From the IMG/VR virus record IMGVR_UViG_3300042516_004109, positions 1 through 59,160 of that record: DNA of 59,160 nucleotides, one strand, 5' to 3'. The translations under genes were made by a program, and so were the position numbers. Positions 48,695-58,360 of this stretch are shown here, piece by piece (the first letter of the stretch is position 1; every line of letters starts with the position of its first letter). Under the pieces are notes generated by a model, which saw only the letters and a program-made list of their open reading frames with translations, made no database searches and had not been told where the DNA came from. The stretch comes from a virus. Lineage: Duplodnaviria; Caudoviricetes.

Positions 48695-50386
48695 ATGGCT
48701 TTTCTAGTATCACCAGGCGTGAATGTATCCGAGATTGATGCAACCACAGTTGTACCATCAGTTTCCACATCCACTGGCGCAGTCGCTGGCGCGTTTCAGT
48801 GGGGTCCAATCGATGTTGCCCGTTTAGTCAGCTCAGAAGATGAGCTCGTTCAAGTGTTTGGCAAACCAGATTCAACAACTGCATTAACTTTCTTCACTGC
48901 TGCAAATTTCCTTGCGTATAGCAGCAGTCTATTTGTATCTCGAGCTGACGCAGCAACTCTAAACACTGCGATAGCTCTAAACGTTGCTGCTATTACTTTT
49001 GCAAGTAATGTTAAGATTCGCAATGAAGATCACTACTTTGATAGTTTCTACACTGCAACAAATGCAAACGTTGCTGTAGCAGCTCGTTATCCTGGTTCAC
49101 TAGGTAACTCGTTGAAGGTTGCATTTTGCGCAAATTCAAATGCTGTAGCATTCTCAACTTGGACATATGCTCCATTTTTCGATGCTGCTCCTGGAACTTC
49201 ACCGTTTGTTGCTGCGAAATTTAAGTCAAATGCGAATGATGAAATGCATATCGCAATTATCGACGAAGATGGTCTAATCACTGGTACTGCAAACACTGTT
49301 CTAGAAAGATATTCAAACGTTTCGAAAGCAACAAACGCTAAAGGTGAGTCTGGTCAAAGCATTTATTGGGTTGATGTTCTCTATAATAACTCAAAATGGG
49401 TATATGGATTAGGTCAAAACAATGCAACATGGGGCGTTGCTGCTAATGCAAGCCACTCATTTGCTGGCGAAAATATAAATGGCATCTCTTTTGTACAAGG
49501 TGTGGATGCTACACCGACTGATGGTAATGTTCAAATTGCCTACCAACAGTTTGCGAGCTCTGAAAATGTTGATATTAGTCTTTTAATGACAGCAGGTCAT
49601 TCATCAACGGTTGCAGCAAATACTATCTCTCTTTCTGACGGTCGCCGCGACTGTGTGACATTTGTGTCACCTGCTCTCGCAAACGTTCAGGCTGCTGATC
49701 CAGTAACAGCAATTACTAATTTCCGCAATTCTCTTACATCAACTTCGTTTGCTGTACTAGATAGTGGCTGGAAGTATCAATACGACAAATATAATGATGT
49801 CTATCGATACATACCACTAAATGGTGATATTGCTGGTCTCTGCGCTCGCACAGATCTAGATCGCGATCCATGGTTCTCACCAGCTGGATTTAATCGTGGT
49901 CAATTAAGAAATGTGGTTAAACTTGCATTTAATCCAAATCAAGCACAACGAGACACGCTATACAAGGCAGGTGTAAACCCTGTTGTTTCGTTCCCAGGAG
50001 AAGGCACTGTTCTGTTTGGTGATAAAACACTATTAACACGACCAAGTGCGTTTGATCGTATTAATGTTCGTCGTTTGTTTATCGTTCTCGAGAAGGCAAT
50101 CAGCAGAGCAGCGAAGGCAAGCCTCTTTGAATTCAATGATGAGTTTACAAGAGCACAATTTATTAATCTTGTTGAGCCATTCCTACGATTAGTGCAGGGT
50201 CGTCGCGGCATCTATGACTTCCGTGTTGTTTGTGACGAAACAAATAATAGTCCAGAAGTTGTTGACCGCAACGAATTTATCGGTGACATCTACATCAAAC
50301 CAGCTAAAGCAATCAACTACATACAGTTGAACTTTGTTGCTGTTCGTACTGGTGTTGCCTTCGATGAAATCGTTGGTCGTTTCTAA
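48695..50386 (+). CDS. gp18: Tail sheath protein
   Basis: SPGV...EID, PWFSPAG.NRG, FDRINVRRLF, FEFND.FTR. Confidence 0.97.
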   Translation: MAFLVSPGVNVSEIDATTVVPSVSTSTGAVAGAFQWGPIDVARLVSSEDELVQVFGKPDSTTALTFFTAANFLAYSSSLFVSRADAATLNTAIALNVAAITFASNVKIRNEDHYFDSFYTATNANVAVAARYPGSLGNSLKVAFCANSNAVAFSTWTYAPFFDAAPGTSPFVAAKFKSNANDEMHIAIIDEDGLITGTANTVLERYSNVSKATNAKGESGQSIYWVDVLYNNSKWVYGLGQNNATWGVAANASHSFAGENINGISFVQGVDATPTDGNVQIAYQQFASSENVDISLLMTAGHSSTVAANTISLSDGRRDCVTFVSPALANVQAADPVTAITNFRNSLTSTSFAVLDSGWKYQYDKYNDVYRYIPLNGDIAGLCARTDLDRDPWFSPAGFNRGQLRNVVKLAFNPNQAQRDTLYKAGVNPVVSFPGEGTVLFGDKTLLTRPSAFDRINVRRLFIVLEKAISRAAKASLFEFNDEFTRAQFINLVEPFLRLVQGRRGIYDFRVVCDETNNSPEVVDRNEFIGDIYIKPAKAINYIQLNFVAVRTGVAFDEIVGRF

Positions 50387-50392
50387 TAAATA
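50385..50392 (+). promoter_or_regulatory. Late promoter
   Basis: AATAAATA upstream of gp19. Confidence 0.6.
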
Positions 50393-50419
50393 GACTAAAG
50401 ATAAAGTCAGGAGAAAACA

Positions 50420-51001
50420 ATGGCTTTTAATGTAAATCAATTTCGTACTCAATTACAGGGTGATGGCGCTCGTCCAAATCTATTTGAGGTCGAATTAAAT
50501 TTTCCTTCATATGTAACGGGAAGAGCAATATCTACTGCGAAATCAACATTCATGGTTAAAACTGCTGCTCTTCCAGGGTCAACAGTTGGAATGGTTACAG
50601 TGCCTTACTTCGGTCGCGAAGTAAAGGTTGCTGGTAATCGTACTTTTGCTGATTGGTCAGTAACGATTTTAAACGATGAAGATTTCGGAATTCGTAATTC
50701 GATGGAATCATGGGTTCGCGGTATTAATGAAAATGTTACAAACCTTCGCTCAGCAACAGCAAGAACATCACAGCAATATGGTGTTGATGCCACTGTAACT
50801 CAGTATGGTAAAGGGGGTCAAAGACTCAAGAGATATCGTTTAGTTGGTATGTTCCCAACAGATATTTCTCAAATTGATCTAGACTGGGGTTCAAACGACA
50901 CGATTGAAGAATACACAGTCAACTTTGCTTATCAGTACTGGGAATCAATTGATCGTGGTGTTACAACGTCTCTAGTAACACCAGTTGAATCGCTATTCTA
51001 A
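50420..51001 (+). CDS. gp19: Tail tube protein
   Basis: GARPNLFEV, LPGS, GR..K.AG.RTF.DW, LDW...D.IEEY. Confidence 0.95.
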   Translation: MAFNVNQFRTQLQGDGARPNLFEVELNFPSYVTGRAISTAKSTFMVKTAALPGSTVGMVTVPYFGREVKVAGNRTFADWSVTILNDEDFGIRNSMESWVRGINENVTNLRSATARTSQQYGVDATVTQYGKGGQRLKRYRLVGMFPTDISQIDLDWGSNDTIEEYTVNFAYQYWESIDRGVTTSLVTPVESLF

Positions 51002-51013
51002 ATATAGTGTGTT

Positions 51014-51039
51014 GGGGGAGGATATCCTCCCCCATTTTT
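51014..51039 (+). terminator. Terminator-like hairpin after gp19
   Basis: Perfect palindrome GGGGGAGGATATCCTCCCCC followed by ATTTTT. Confidence 0.7.
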
Positions 51040-51054
51040 ATAATGGAGTAATAT

Positions 51055-52623
51055 ATGGCGCAGTCAATTAATCTATTCGGTTTCGAAATTACTCGCACAA
51101 AACCAGAAGGTGCGCCACAGCAGCTTCAACCTCAAGTTTCTACACCTGTTTCTGATGATGGTGCAATAACAGTAACTGCTGGTGGATATTTTGGCACTTA
51201 TCTTGATTTAGAAGCAAGTTTTAAAAACGAAAATGATCTAGTCACTCGTTATCGCGAGATGGCGATGCAACCAGAACTTGAATCTGCAATTGATGAAATC
51301 GTAAATGAATCAATTGTGCACGATGTTACAGGTAAATCTGTTACAATCATAGTTGACGATCTAGAACAACCAGAAAATGTAAAAGAAATGATCCGTGAAG
51401 AATTTCAAAATGTTCTTCGCATGTTAGACTTCTCAAACATGGGATCAGATATTTTTCGTGGGTGGTATATCGATGGAAGACTATTTTACCAAGTTTTGAT
51501 CGATGAAAAAAATCCAAGAATGGGAATTCAAGAACTAGTTTATATCGATCCTCGCAAAATTAAAAAAGTTCGAACAGTTATTAAAAAGAAAGATCCTCGC
51601 ACAAAGATCGAAGTTATCGATGGATATCAAGAATTCTATGTGTTCAATGACAAGGCAACTGTGCAAGGACAAACATTAATCACACAAGTAAATGATACTT
51701 CAGTTAAAATTGCCACTGATGCAATCGTGAATATTAATTCTGGATTACTCGATGCAAAACGACAAATGGTATTGTCTCATGTTCACAAAGCAATAAAACC
51801 TCTTAACCAGCTTCGTATGGTCGAAGATGCTGTCGTAATTTATCGTTTGTCTCGTGCTCCAGAGCGTCGTGTATTTTATATCGATGTTGGAAACATGCCA
51901 TCGAAAAAGGCAGAGCAGTATCTTCGTGATATTATGACGAAGTTCCGTAACAAGGTTGTGTATGATTCTTCAACTGGCGAAGTCAAAGACGATCGCAAGT
52001 TTATGTCAATGATGGAAGATTTTTATATTCCACGACGTGGTGAAGGAAAGGCAACAGAAATTACTACTCTTCCTGCAGGTCAAAATCTCGGAGAGTTGTC
52101 TGATGTTCGCTACTTTGAAAATAAATTATACAAAGCATTAAATGTTCCTATTTCTCGTTTAGAAACACAGACAGGATTCTCTCTTGGTCGTTCAACAGAG
52201 ATTACAAGAGACGAACTAAAATTTTCAAAGTTTGTCGACCGTTTAAGAAATAAATTTACTATTTTATTCGATGAATTGATGAAGCGTCAATTATCTTTAA
52301 AAGGTATTTGTTCTATCGATGAATGGGAAACATTAAAAGAAAAGATTCACTACGATTTTCTCAAAGATAATAATTTTTCTGAGTTAAAAGAAGCAGAACT
52401 TATGAGTGCTCGTTTACAACTTATGGCGCAAATTGATCCGTATGTTGGAACATACTATTCAAAAGCGTATGTTAAGAAACATGTATTACATTTTGACGAG
52501 GAAGGCATTAAACGAATGGATGTAGAAATTGCTGAAGAGCAAGCAGAAAATCCTCTACCAGAGACTAGTGCTGAACCAAATTCAAGTGTTGATCAAGCAT
52601 TTCAATCAGAAATTACTAAATAA
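51055..52623 (+). CDS. gp20: Portal protein
   Basis: WYIDGR, EDA.VIYR..RAPERRVFYIDVGN, PRR.....TEITTLP. Confidence 0.97.
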   Translation: MAQSINLFGFEITRTKPEGAPQQLQPQVSTPVSDDGAITVTAGGYFGTYLDLEASFKNENDLVTRYREMAMQPELESAIDEIVNESIVHDVTGKSVTIIVDDLEQPENVKEMIREEFQNVLRMLDFSNMGSDIFRGWYIDGRLFYQVLIDEKNPRMGIQELVYIDPRKIKKVRTVIKKKDPRTKIEVIDGYQEFYVFNDKATVQGQTLITQVNDTSVKIATDAIVNINSGLLDAKRQMVLSHVHKAIKPLNQLRMVEDAVVIYRLSRAPERRVFYIDVGNMPSKKAEQYLRDIMTKFRNKVVYDSSTGEVKDDRKFMSMMEDFYIPRRGEGKATEITTLPAGQNLGELSDVRYFENKLYKALNVPISRLETQTGFSLGRSTEITRDELKFSKFVDRLRNKFTILFDELMKRQLSLKGICSIDEWETLKEKIHYDFLKDNNFSELKEAELMSARLQLMAQIDPYVGTYYSKAYVKKHVLHFDEEGIKRMDVEIAEEQAENPLPETSAEPNSSVDQAFQSEITK

Positions 52624-52638
52624 ATTAGGAGAAAAATT

Positions 52639-52848
52639 ATGGAAAGTTATGAACTAATTGATGCGGCGTTAAATCAAGATAAAGAAACATTTGCAGCTGC
52701 TTTTCAGTCTGCAATTGCAAGTAAAGTTACTGACGCATTAGAAGTTAAAAAAGTTGAGATTGCCTCAACACTTATTGTGCCAGAAGTAGAAGTAGGAACA
52801 GATGAACTTGAAACAACTGAAGTTGAGATTGACGGAAGCGATGCCTAA
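52639..52848 (+). CDS. Prohead core protein (gp67-like)
   Basis: Small acidic ORF after portal; AGGAG RBS; ACTAAATA at 52615-22. Confidence 0.65.
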   Translation: MESYELIDAALNQDKETFAAAFQSAIASKVTDALEVKKVEIASTLIVPEVEVGTDELETTEVEIDGSDA

Positions 52849-53566
52849 CAACGCTGCGCAATTAAATGCGCTTGTTCGTGCAGGGATAATGAAGTCAGCC
52901 GAGTTGCCAACTCTTAAGATGGCAATGCGTAAACACGCACAGGTTGGCGATGTCGCTAAACTTCCTAAAAATCAACGAGATGTTTTGATGAAGTACAATG
53001 ATTCTTTATCACAAGCAGCTCTTGGTTCTACTCAATCATTTCAAGCTGTTCGTAAAAATTTACAAAACAGTTTTGAGATTACAGACAAAAATCAATTATC
53101 TGAAGCATTGCAAGACGAAATACAACCACCTCCAATGTTGGTTCTTCGTCGTCAAGGTATTCGTATTTTTCCAGATGGAAAAAGAGTTGCTATGTATTCA
53201 AATGAAAAACTTGGATTAACATTTACAATTCCATATCGACCACGCAATGTTACAAATCCTTCAAATGTAGTTCCTGGTTTAACTTCTGAAGATTCAGAGT
53301 TTGAAGATGTAATGGAAAGTCTTGAGCAAGTTGCAAAGTATGCTCAAGAAGAATCGCCAAAACAAACAGCTCGTCATATGAAATTTGGTGACGGTTCTAA
53401 ACTTAAAGTCAGTCATGGTGCAGCAAAAGCCATTCATATGGTCCATGGTGCATTAAACGACGAAAACAAAAAGAAGTTTGCTGAGATGCTTACGACACCA
53501 AAGGGATTTGAAAAGGCAGCAAACTTTGCAATGAGCAAAGTTTCATTTAAAATTGGTGACAAATGA
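52802..53566 (+). CDS. Head-associated/prohead core hypothetical protein
   Basis: In head operon; several L/I-x-E motifs (LTE, LSE) like gp21 cleavage sites; alternative start 52841. Confidence 0.55.
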   Translation: MNLKQLKLRLTEAMPNNAAQLNALVRAGIMKSAELPTLKMAMRKHAQVGDVAKLPKNQRDVLMKYNDSLSQAALGSTQSFQAVRKNLQNSFEITDKNQLSEALQDEIQPPPMLVLRRQGIRIFPDGKRVAMYSNEKLGLTFTIPYRPRNVTNPSNVVPGLTSEDSEFEDVMESLEQVAKYAQEESPKQTARHMKFGDGSKLKVSHGAAKAIHMVHGALNDENKKKFAEMLTTPKGFEKAANFAMSKVSFKIGDK

Positions 53567-53862
53567 GCATTGTATCAGAAGTAATTAGAGAAATTATTGC
53601 GGAAGCAAATGTTGTTCGAATGGGTCGTAAAAAACTCGTTAAGGCTCGCGTTCGTGGTGGTAAAGTTCAAAGGCGTAAAGTTGTTTCAGGTGTAAAAGGT
53701 TACACAATTCGTGGTGGTAAATTAACAAGAATGACAGCCTCTGAACGTTTGCGTCGCCGTATTGCGCAGCGTAAAGGTAAAGTTAAGCGAAGAGCTAAAT
53801 TAGCAAGATCATTAATTAAAAGAAAACGATCATTGCGTCGTAGACAATCACTAGGAATCTAA
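53563..53862 (+). CDS. Basic prohead core protein (gp68-like)
   Basis: Very Arg/Lys-rich after IIAE; immediately before gp21. Confidence 0.6.
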   Translation: MSIVSEVIREIIAEANVVRMGRKKLVKARVRGGKVQRRKVVSGVKGYTIRGGKLTRMTASERLRRRIAQRKGKVKRRAKLARSLIKRKRSLRRRQSLGI

Positions 53863-53863
53863 A

Positions 53864-54508
53864 ATGAAATTGATTACAGAGACAATCGAATCAGTAAAGT
53901 TAATCACCGAAGAAAAGAACGGTGTTAAAACACTTTACATTTCAGGTCCATTTCTTGTTGCAGAAACTAAGAATCGCAACGGTCGTATGTATAAGACTGA
54001 CACTCTTGCAAAAGAAGTCAATCGTTACAACGAAGAGTATGTAACTAAGAATCGCGCATTCGGCGAATTGGGTCATCCAGATTCACCATCAATCAATCTA
54101 GACCGAGTATCACACTTAATCACTTCTTTAAAGCAAGAAGGTAATCAGTGGATCGGTAAGGCAAAAATTCTTGAAACACCAATGGGTAAGATCGCCAAGT
54201 CCCTTATGGAAGGCGGTGCAACTCTTGGTGTATCATCACGTGGCATGGGTTCACTTAAAGAAGTGAACGGTGTTAATGTGGTACAAGACGATTATTATCT
54301 AGCCACAGCGGCAGATATCGTGGCGGATCCGTCCGCACCAGGTGCTTTCGTTCAAGGTATTATGGAAAATAAAGAGTGGGTGTGGGATAACGGTAAGGTC
54401 AAAGAAATTGACGTTAATGCATATTATGAACAAATTAAGAACGCAAAGCAAAAGCAAATTGACGAAATCTCATTGAAGATCTTTGAGAATTTTGTGTCAA
54501 AACTTTAA
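53864..54508 (+). CDS. gp21: Prohead protease
   Basis: MKLITE, NRNGRMY, GELGHP, GVSSRG.GS, D.VADPSAP. Confidence 0.97.
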   Translation: MKLITETIESVKLITEEKNGVKTLYISGPFLVAETKNRNGRMYKTDTLAKEVNRYNEEYVTKNRAFGELGHPDSPSINLDRVSHLITSLKQEGNQWIGKAKILETPMGKIAKSLMEGGATLGVSSRGMGSLKEVNGVNVVQDDYYLATAADIVADPSAPGAFVQGIMENKEWVWDNGKVKEIDVNAYYEQIKNAKQKQIDEISLKIFENFVSKL

Positions 54509-54512
54509 ATTT

Positions 54513-54520
54513 TATAAATA
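54513..54520 (+). promoter_or_regulatory. Late promoter (exact T4 consensus)
   Basis: TATAAATA upstream of gp22. Confidence 0.8.
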
Positions 54521-54548
54521 ATATTACTTCTTTAGGAGTTTAACTAAA

Positions 54549-55739
54549 ATGTCAAAAACATTATCAGAATCTGCTGCTGAAATTCTAAGAGCATCAATGA
54601 ATGCAGGCAAGGAACCAATGCAAACACTTCCTACCCAAATGGATGATCTAGGCGGCACAACAAACGAAAAGCCAGAAGGCGATGAAGTTGGCAAAAAGGC
54701 TGCAGCTGCCACAAAGGAAGCGCCAAAGCCTGGTCAAGTATCAGCCGAAGGCGACAAGAAAATGAATTCAGTCAAGTCTTCAGGTCTTGCAACACCAGTA
54801 GTTGGTAACATGAATCCAAGTTTGGGTGAAGAAACAGAAGAAACAGAGGAAGAGGAAACGATTCTCGAAGACTCTGAAGAAGAAGAGACTCTCATTCCTG
54901 AAGCCAAGTCTGAAGATGATGAAGACGAGGAAGACGAGGAAGATGAAGAAGAAGAAGACGAAAAAGAAATGAAGATGAAGATGAAGAAAGAGATGGTTGA
55001 AAAGTATCGCGGCTCAATGAGAGAAGATGTCGATGCTCTATTCAACGGTGAGTCTCTATCTGAAGACTTCCGTGTCAAAGCAACAACAATTTTTGAAGCA
55101 GCTGTACAATCACGAGTTGAGTCAATTGTTGAAGATGTTCTTTCAGAGAATGACGCAGTGCTCATCGAAGCCATCGAAGAAATCAAGAACGAAATGTCTG
55201 CACAGGTTGATGAGTATCTCAGCTATGCAGTCGAAGAGTGGGTTAATGAAAATCAAGTTGCAATTGAAACAGGTCTCCGCGCAGAACTTGTCGAAGACTT
55301 TATCAATGGCTTGAAGAATCTATTTACAGAGCACTACATCGAAATTCCAGAAGAGAAGGTCGATGTTGCTGAAGAACTTGCAATGACAGTTGCACAACTA
55401 GAAGAAGCAATGACTGCAGCAGCTGCAGAAAAGGCTGACCTTGTTGAAAAACTTAATGTTGCAAATAAAAACGAAGCAATTCGTAAGATTTGTGAAGGTC
55501 TAACCGAAGTACAAGTCGGCAAAATGAAATCGCTCGCAGAGGGCATGGAGTTCACCACAGAGGGTGATTTTAATAATAAGCTCGCAGTAATTCGCGAGAA
55601 CTACTTCCCATCAAAGAAAATGACAAGTGAGGTAAAGGTCCTTCAAGAAACAGCTGTTGAAGAACCAGAAGTAGTTGAAGCATCTGGTATGATGAAACAT
55701 TATGTAAATGCAATCACAAAAACGGCTCCAAAAGCCTAA
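54549..55739 (+). CDS. gp22: Prohead core scaffold protein
   Basis: Acidic; LSEDF..KA.TIFEAAV, YL.Y.VEEW..EN, LF.EHYI. Confidence 0.93.
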   Translation: MSKTLSESAAEILRASMNAGKEPMQTLPTQMDDLGGTTNEKPEGDEVGKKAAAATKEAPKPGQVSAEGDKKMNSVKSSGLATPVVGNMNPSLGEETEETEEEETILEDSEEEETLIPEAKSEDDEDEEDEEDEEEEDEKEMKMKMKKEMVEKYRGSMREDVDALFNGESLSEDFRVKATTIFEAAVQSRVESIVEDVLSENDAVLIEAIEEIKNEMSAQVDEYLSYAVEEWVNENQVAIETGLRAELVEDFINGLKNLFTEHYIEIPEEKVDVAEELAMTVAQLEEAMTAAAAEKADLVEKLNVANKNEAIRKICEGLTEVQVGKMKSLAEGMEFTTEGDFNNKLAVIRENYFPSKKMTSEVKVLQETAVEEPEVVEASGMMKHYVNAITKTAPKA

Positions 55740-55769
55740 TTTAAACTAAAAACTCAGGAGAGTTATAAC

Positions 55770-57113
55770 ATGTATCTTAACGAAACATATGCAAAAAAGT
55801 GGGCTCCAGTCCTTGATCACTCAGAACTCCCAAAGATCACAGATCCTTACAAGCGTGCAGTTACTGCACTTGTTCTAGAGAACCAAGAACGCGCCCTAAT
55901 GGAAGAATCACGTTCCATGCAAAACCTATGGGAAGCAGGCACTGTCTCTGGCGGCGGTCTACCAAACAACATCGGTGGCGGTTCGTCACCAGTAGTTGGT
56001 GGTGAAGGCTCAATCAAAGGCTTCGACCCAATCCTAATCGGTCTCGTCCGTCGTGCACTACCAAACCTAATGGCTTATGACATCTGCGGCGTTCAGCCAA
56101 TGACTGGTCCAACAGGTTTGATCTTCGCAATGCGTTCAACCTTCGCATCTGCAACAGCACGTGCTGGTGAAGCATTGTTCAATGAAGCAAATACTGGCCA
56201 CTCAGGTAATGCTGCTACTGGTACACAGTCAACATTGGCAGTGAACCCAGGTAATGCAAACTCATCAATCTTCGGTTTAGATAACACTGGTCCAGGATTC
56301 TCAACATCCTTCGGTGAATCAGCAAACCTAGCACAGATGGGTTTCCAAATCGATCGTGTTGCTGTTACAGCAAATACACGCGGTTTGCAAGCATCATACA
56401 CGCTAGAACTTGCACAAGACCTCAAGGCAATCCACGGTCTCGACGCAGAAACAGAATTGACAAATATCTTGTCAACTGAAATTCTAGCAGAAATCAACCG
56501 CGAAGTTGTTCGTACTGTTTATGCAACTGCGAATGCAGGTATCACAAACAGTGCAACGGGTAATGTCTTCAACCTATCTTCTTCAAGCGACACAAGCGGT
56601 CGCTGGCAGGTTGAGAAGTACAAGTCACTCTTGTTCGCAATCGAAAGAGCAGCAAATAAGATTGCTAAAGACACTCGTCGTGGCAAGGGCAACATGCTTA
56701 TCCTTTCAACCGATGTTGCATCAGCTCTCGCAATGACAGGTCTTCTTGACTATAATTCAGCACTAGCTGGTCAAACAAACCTAACTGTTGACGATACAGG
56801 CAATACCTTCGCAGGTACCCTATTCGGACGCATCAAGGTATATGTTGATCCATATTCTGTTGCTGGTACAGACTATTGTGTAGTAGGATATAAGGGCACC
56901 AACGCTTATGACGCTGGTCTCTTCTACTGCCCATATGTTCCTCTACAGATGGTTCGTGCAGTTGATCCACAAACCTACCAGCCAAAGATTGGCTTCAAGA
57001 CTCGTTATGGTCTCGTTGCAAATCCATTCGCAACTGGCGCTGGTACTGGTGCTCTAGCACATGACACAAACGTTTACTATCGTAAGTTTGTTGTTCTAAA
57101 CATCAACCAATAA
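55770..57113 (+). CDS. gp23: Major capsid protein
   Basis: KW.PVL, LENQE, GVQPMTGPTGLIFAMR, ELAQDLKAIHGLDAE, FYCPYVPLQM, GFKTRYG. Confidence 0.98.
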   Translation: MYLNETYAKKWAPVLDHSELPKITDPYKRAVTALVLENQERALMEESRSMQNLWEAGTVSGGGLPNNIGGGSSPVVGGEGSIKGFDPILIGLVRRALPNLMAYDICGVQPMTGPTGLIFAMRSTFASATARAGEALFNEANTGHSGNAATGTQSTLAVNPGNANSSIFGLDNTGPGFSTSFGESANLAQMGFQIDRVAVTANTRGLQASYTLELAQDLKAIHGLDAETELTNILSTEILAEINREVVRTVYATANAGITNSATGNVFNLSSSSDTSGRWQVEKYKSLLFAIERAANKIAKDTRRGKGNMLILSTDVASALAMTGLLDYNSALAGQTNLTVDDTGNTFAGTLFGRIKVYVDPYSVAGTDYCVVGYKGTNAYDAGLFYCPYVPLQMVRAVDPQTYQPKIGFKTRYGLVANPFATGAGTGALAHDTNVYYRKFVVLNINQ

Positions 57114-57154
57114 TTGATGTGCTAGAAAAAGTTTTGCCGAAAGGCAATACGATT

Positions 57155-57186
57155 AAGGGAGGCTTGAAAAAGCCTCCCTTTTTTTT
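57155..57186 (+). terminator. Rho-independent terminator after gp23
   Basis: AAGGGAGGCT-TGAAAA-AGCCTCCCTT followed by a T run. Confidence 0.9.
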
Positions 57187-57188
57187 CA

Positions 57189-57196
57189 ACTAAATA
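57189..57196 (+). promoter_or_regulatory. Late promoter
   Basis: ACTAAATA directly after the terminator, upstream of gp3. Confidence 0.65.
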
Positions 57197-57228
57197 TTAT
57201 AAATGTTTCTGTTTCAGGATTAAACTAA

Positions 57229-57774
57229 ATGTCAGCATTGACTCGAACACCAACAAATACAGATCTACTTCAAAGTACAAAATTTAGAGTAACCTTTGAT
57301 CGCCTACCAGGTGCAACTTACTATTGTCAAGCAGCAAATGTGCCAGGAGTTTCATTGACTGAAATTCCGAGAGTGACACCATTTATCGATCTATATGTTC
57401 CTGGTGAGAAGATGATCTATGATACATTTAATATCACTTTTCTAGTTGACGAAGATATGCGCAACTGGACAGAAATTCATGACTGGATTCGAGCCATGAC
57501 ATTTCCTACAGACTTTAAAGAATATCTGGGGTTAGAACGACAAGCAAAAACTCCATTTATTCGAAATAGAGAAAAAGCAAAACCACAATATTCAAGTTCT
57601 ATACTCACACTCTTTACAAACAAAAATAATGCGAATTTTCGTGTTAAGTTTGTTGATATGTTTCCAACTTCAGTTGGAACAATATTGTTTAATGCGCAAG
57701 ATACTGCAGAAAATATTGCAATTGCCGATGCAACTTTTAGATTCTCTTATTATGAATACGAAAGACTGAGATAG
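57229..57774 (+). CDS. gp3: Tail completion/tube terminator protein
   Basis: CQ.AN.PG, PG....Y, FLVDEDM.NW.EI..W, FPTS, ATF.FSYY; synteny gp23-gp3-uvsY-uvsW. Confidence 0.88.
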   Translation: MSALTRTPTNTDLLQSTKFRVTFDRLPGATYYCQAANVPGVSLTEIPRVTPFIDLYVPGEKMIYDTFNITFLVDEDMRNWTEIHDWIRAMTFPTDFKEYLGLERQAKTPFIRNREKAKPQYSSSILTLFTNKNNANFRVKFVDMFPTSVGTILFNAQDTAENIAIADATFRFSYYEYERLR

Positions 57775-57817
57775 TCTTTATATAACTATTGGTGCGTCGT
57801 TCAAACCAGACATAGTC

Positions 57818-57846
57818 ATTATATAACTTTTGGTTTATCAAGTCAA
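57818..57846 (-). promoter_or_regulatory. Near-consensus sigma70 promoter pointing leftward
   Basis: Minus strand TTGACT (57846-41), 17 bp, TATAAT (57823-18). Confidence 0.65.
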
Positions 57847-57858
57847 CTATTGGTGAAG

Positions 57859-57887
57859 TTGCTTTTATTATTTGTTTGTAGTATACT
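57859..57887 (+). promoter_or_regulatory. sigma70-type promoter for uvsY-uvsW
   Basis: TTGCTT (57859-64), 17 bp, TATACT (57882-87). Confidence 0.65.
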
Positions 57888-57916
57888 AAACACTCATATA
57901 TCTTTGCATTTATATT

Positions 57917-58360
57917 ATGGAAACACCACCTCTCGAAGAAGTCATGCGTCAATGGGAAAAAGATTCCGATGTTGATGCCACAGAACCTGGAAAGGAAATT
58001 CTCCGCATTCCTTTGTTACACAACAAATACAACAAATATTTGTCGCTGCATAATCTTGCTGGAAAAAGAGCAGGACTAGAGTATGACAAAATCAAGAAAC
58101 TTAAATGGATGTATTACAACGGCAAGTTAGATCAAGATGAACTTGACAAACTTGGATGGGAACCATTTCGTTTCACTCTTAAATCTGATATACAAGTATA
58201 TCTTGATGGTGATGATGATCTTGTTAAACTCAAACGCAAGAAAGCATATCATGAAGAAGCAGCCAAGTTTTGTGAGTATGTAATGAAGGAATTAAACAAT
58301 CGCACTTGGCAATTGAAAGAGTATATGGGCTGGGAGAAGTTTATTCAGGGTGCGAGATGA
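57917..58360 (+). CDS. uvsY: Recombination mediator
   Basis: W.KDS, IP.LH.KY, YY.GK, LK.D...Y...D, R.WQ.K....W.KF. Confidence 0.9.
   Translation: METPPLEEVMRQWEKDSDVDATEPGKEILRIPLLHNKYNKYLSLHNLAGKRAGLEYDKIKKLKWMYYNGKLDQDELDKLGWEPFRFTLKSDIQVYLDGDDDLVKLKRKKAYHEEAAKFCEYVMKELNNRTWQLKEYMGWEKFIQGAR

Noticed and set aside
54830-55000. GAA-rich low-complexity tract
   Set aside because: Ordinary acidic linker of gp22 scaffold
47002-57113. Introns, inteins or homing endonucleases in terminase, sheath, portal or capsid
   Set aside because: All ORFs are continuous and of ordinary length
57113-57229. Absence of gp24/hoc/soc after gp23
   Set aside because: gp23-gp3-uvsY-uvsW order is usual in non-enteric T4-like phages
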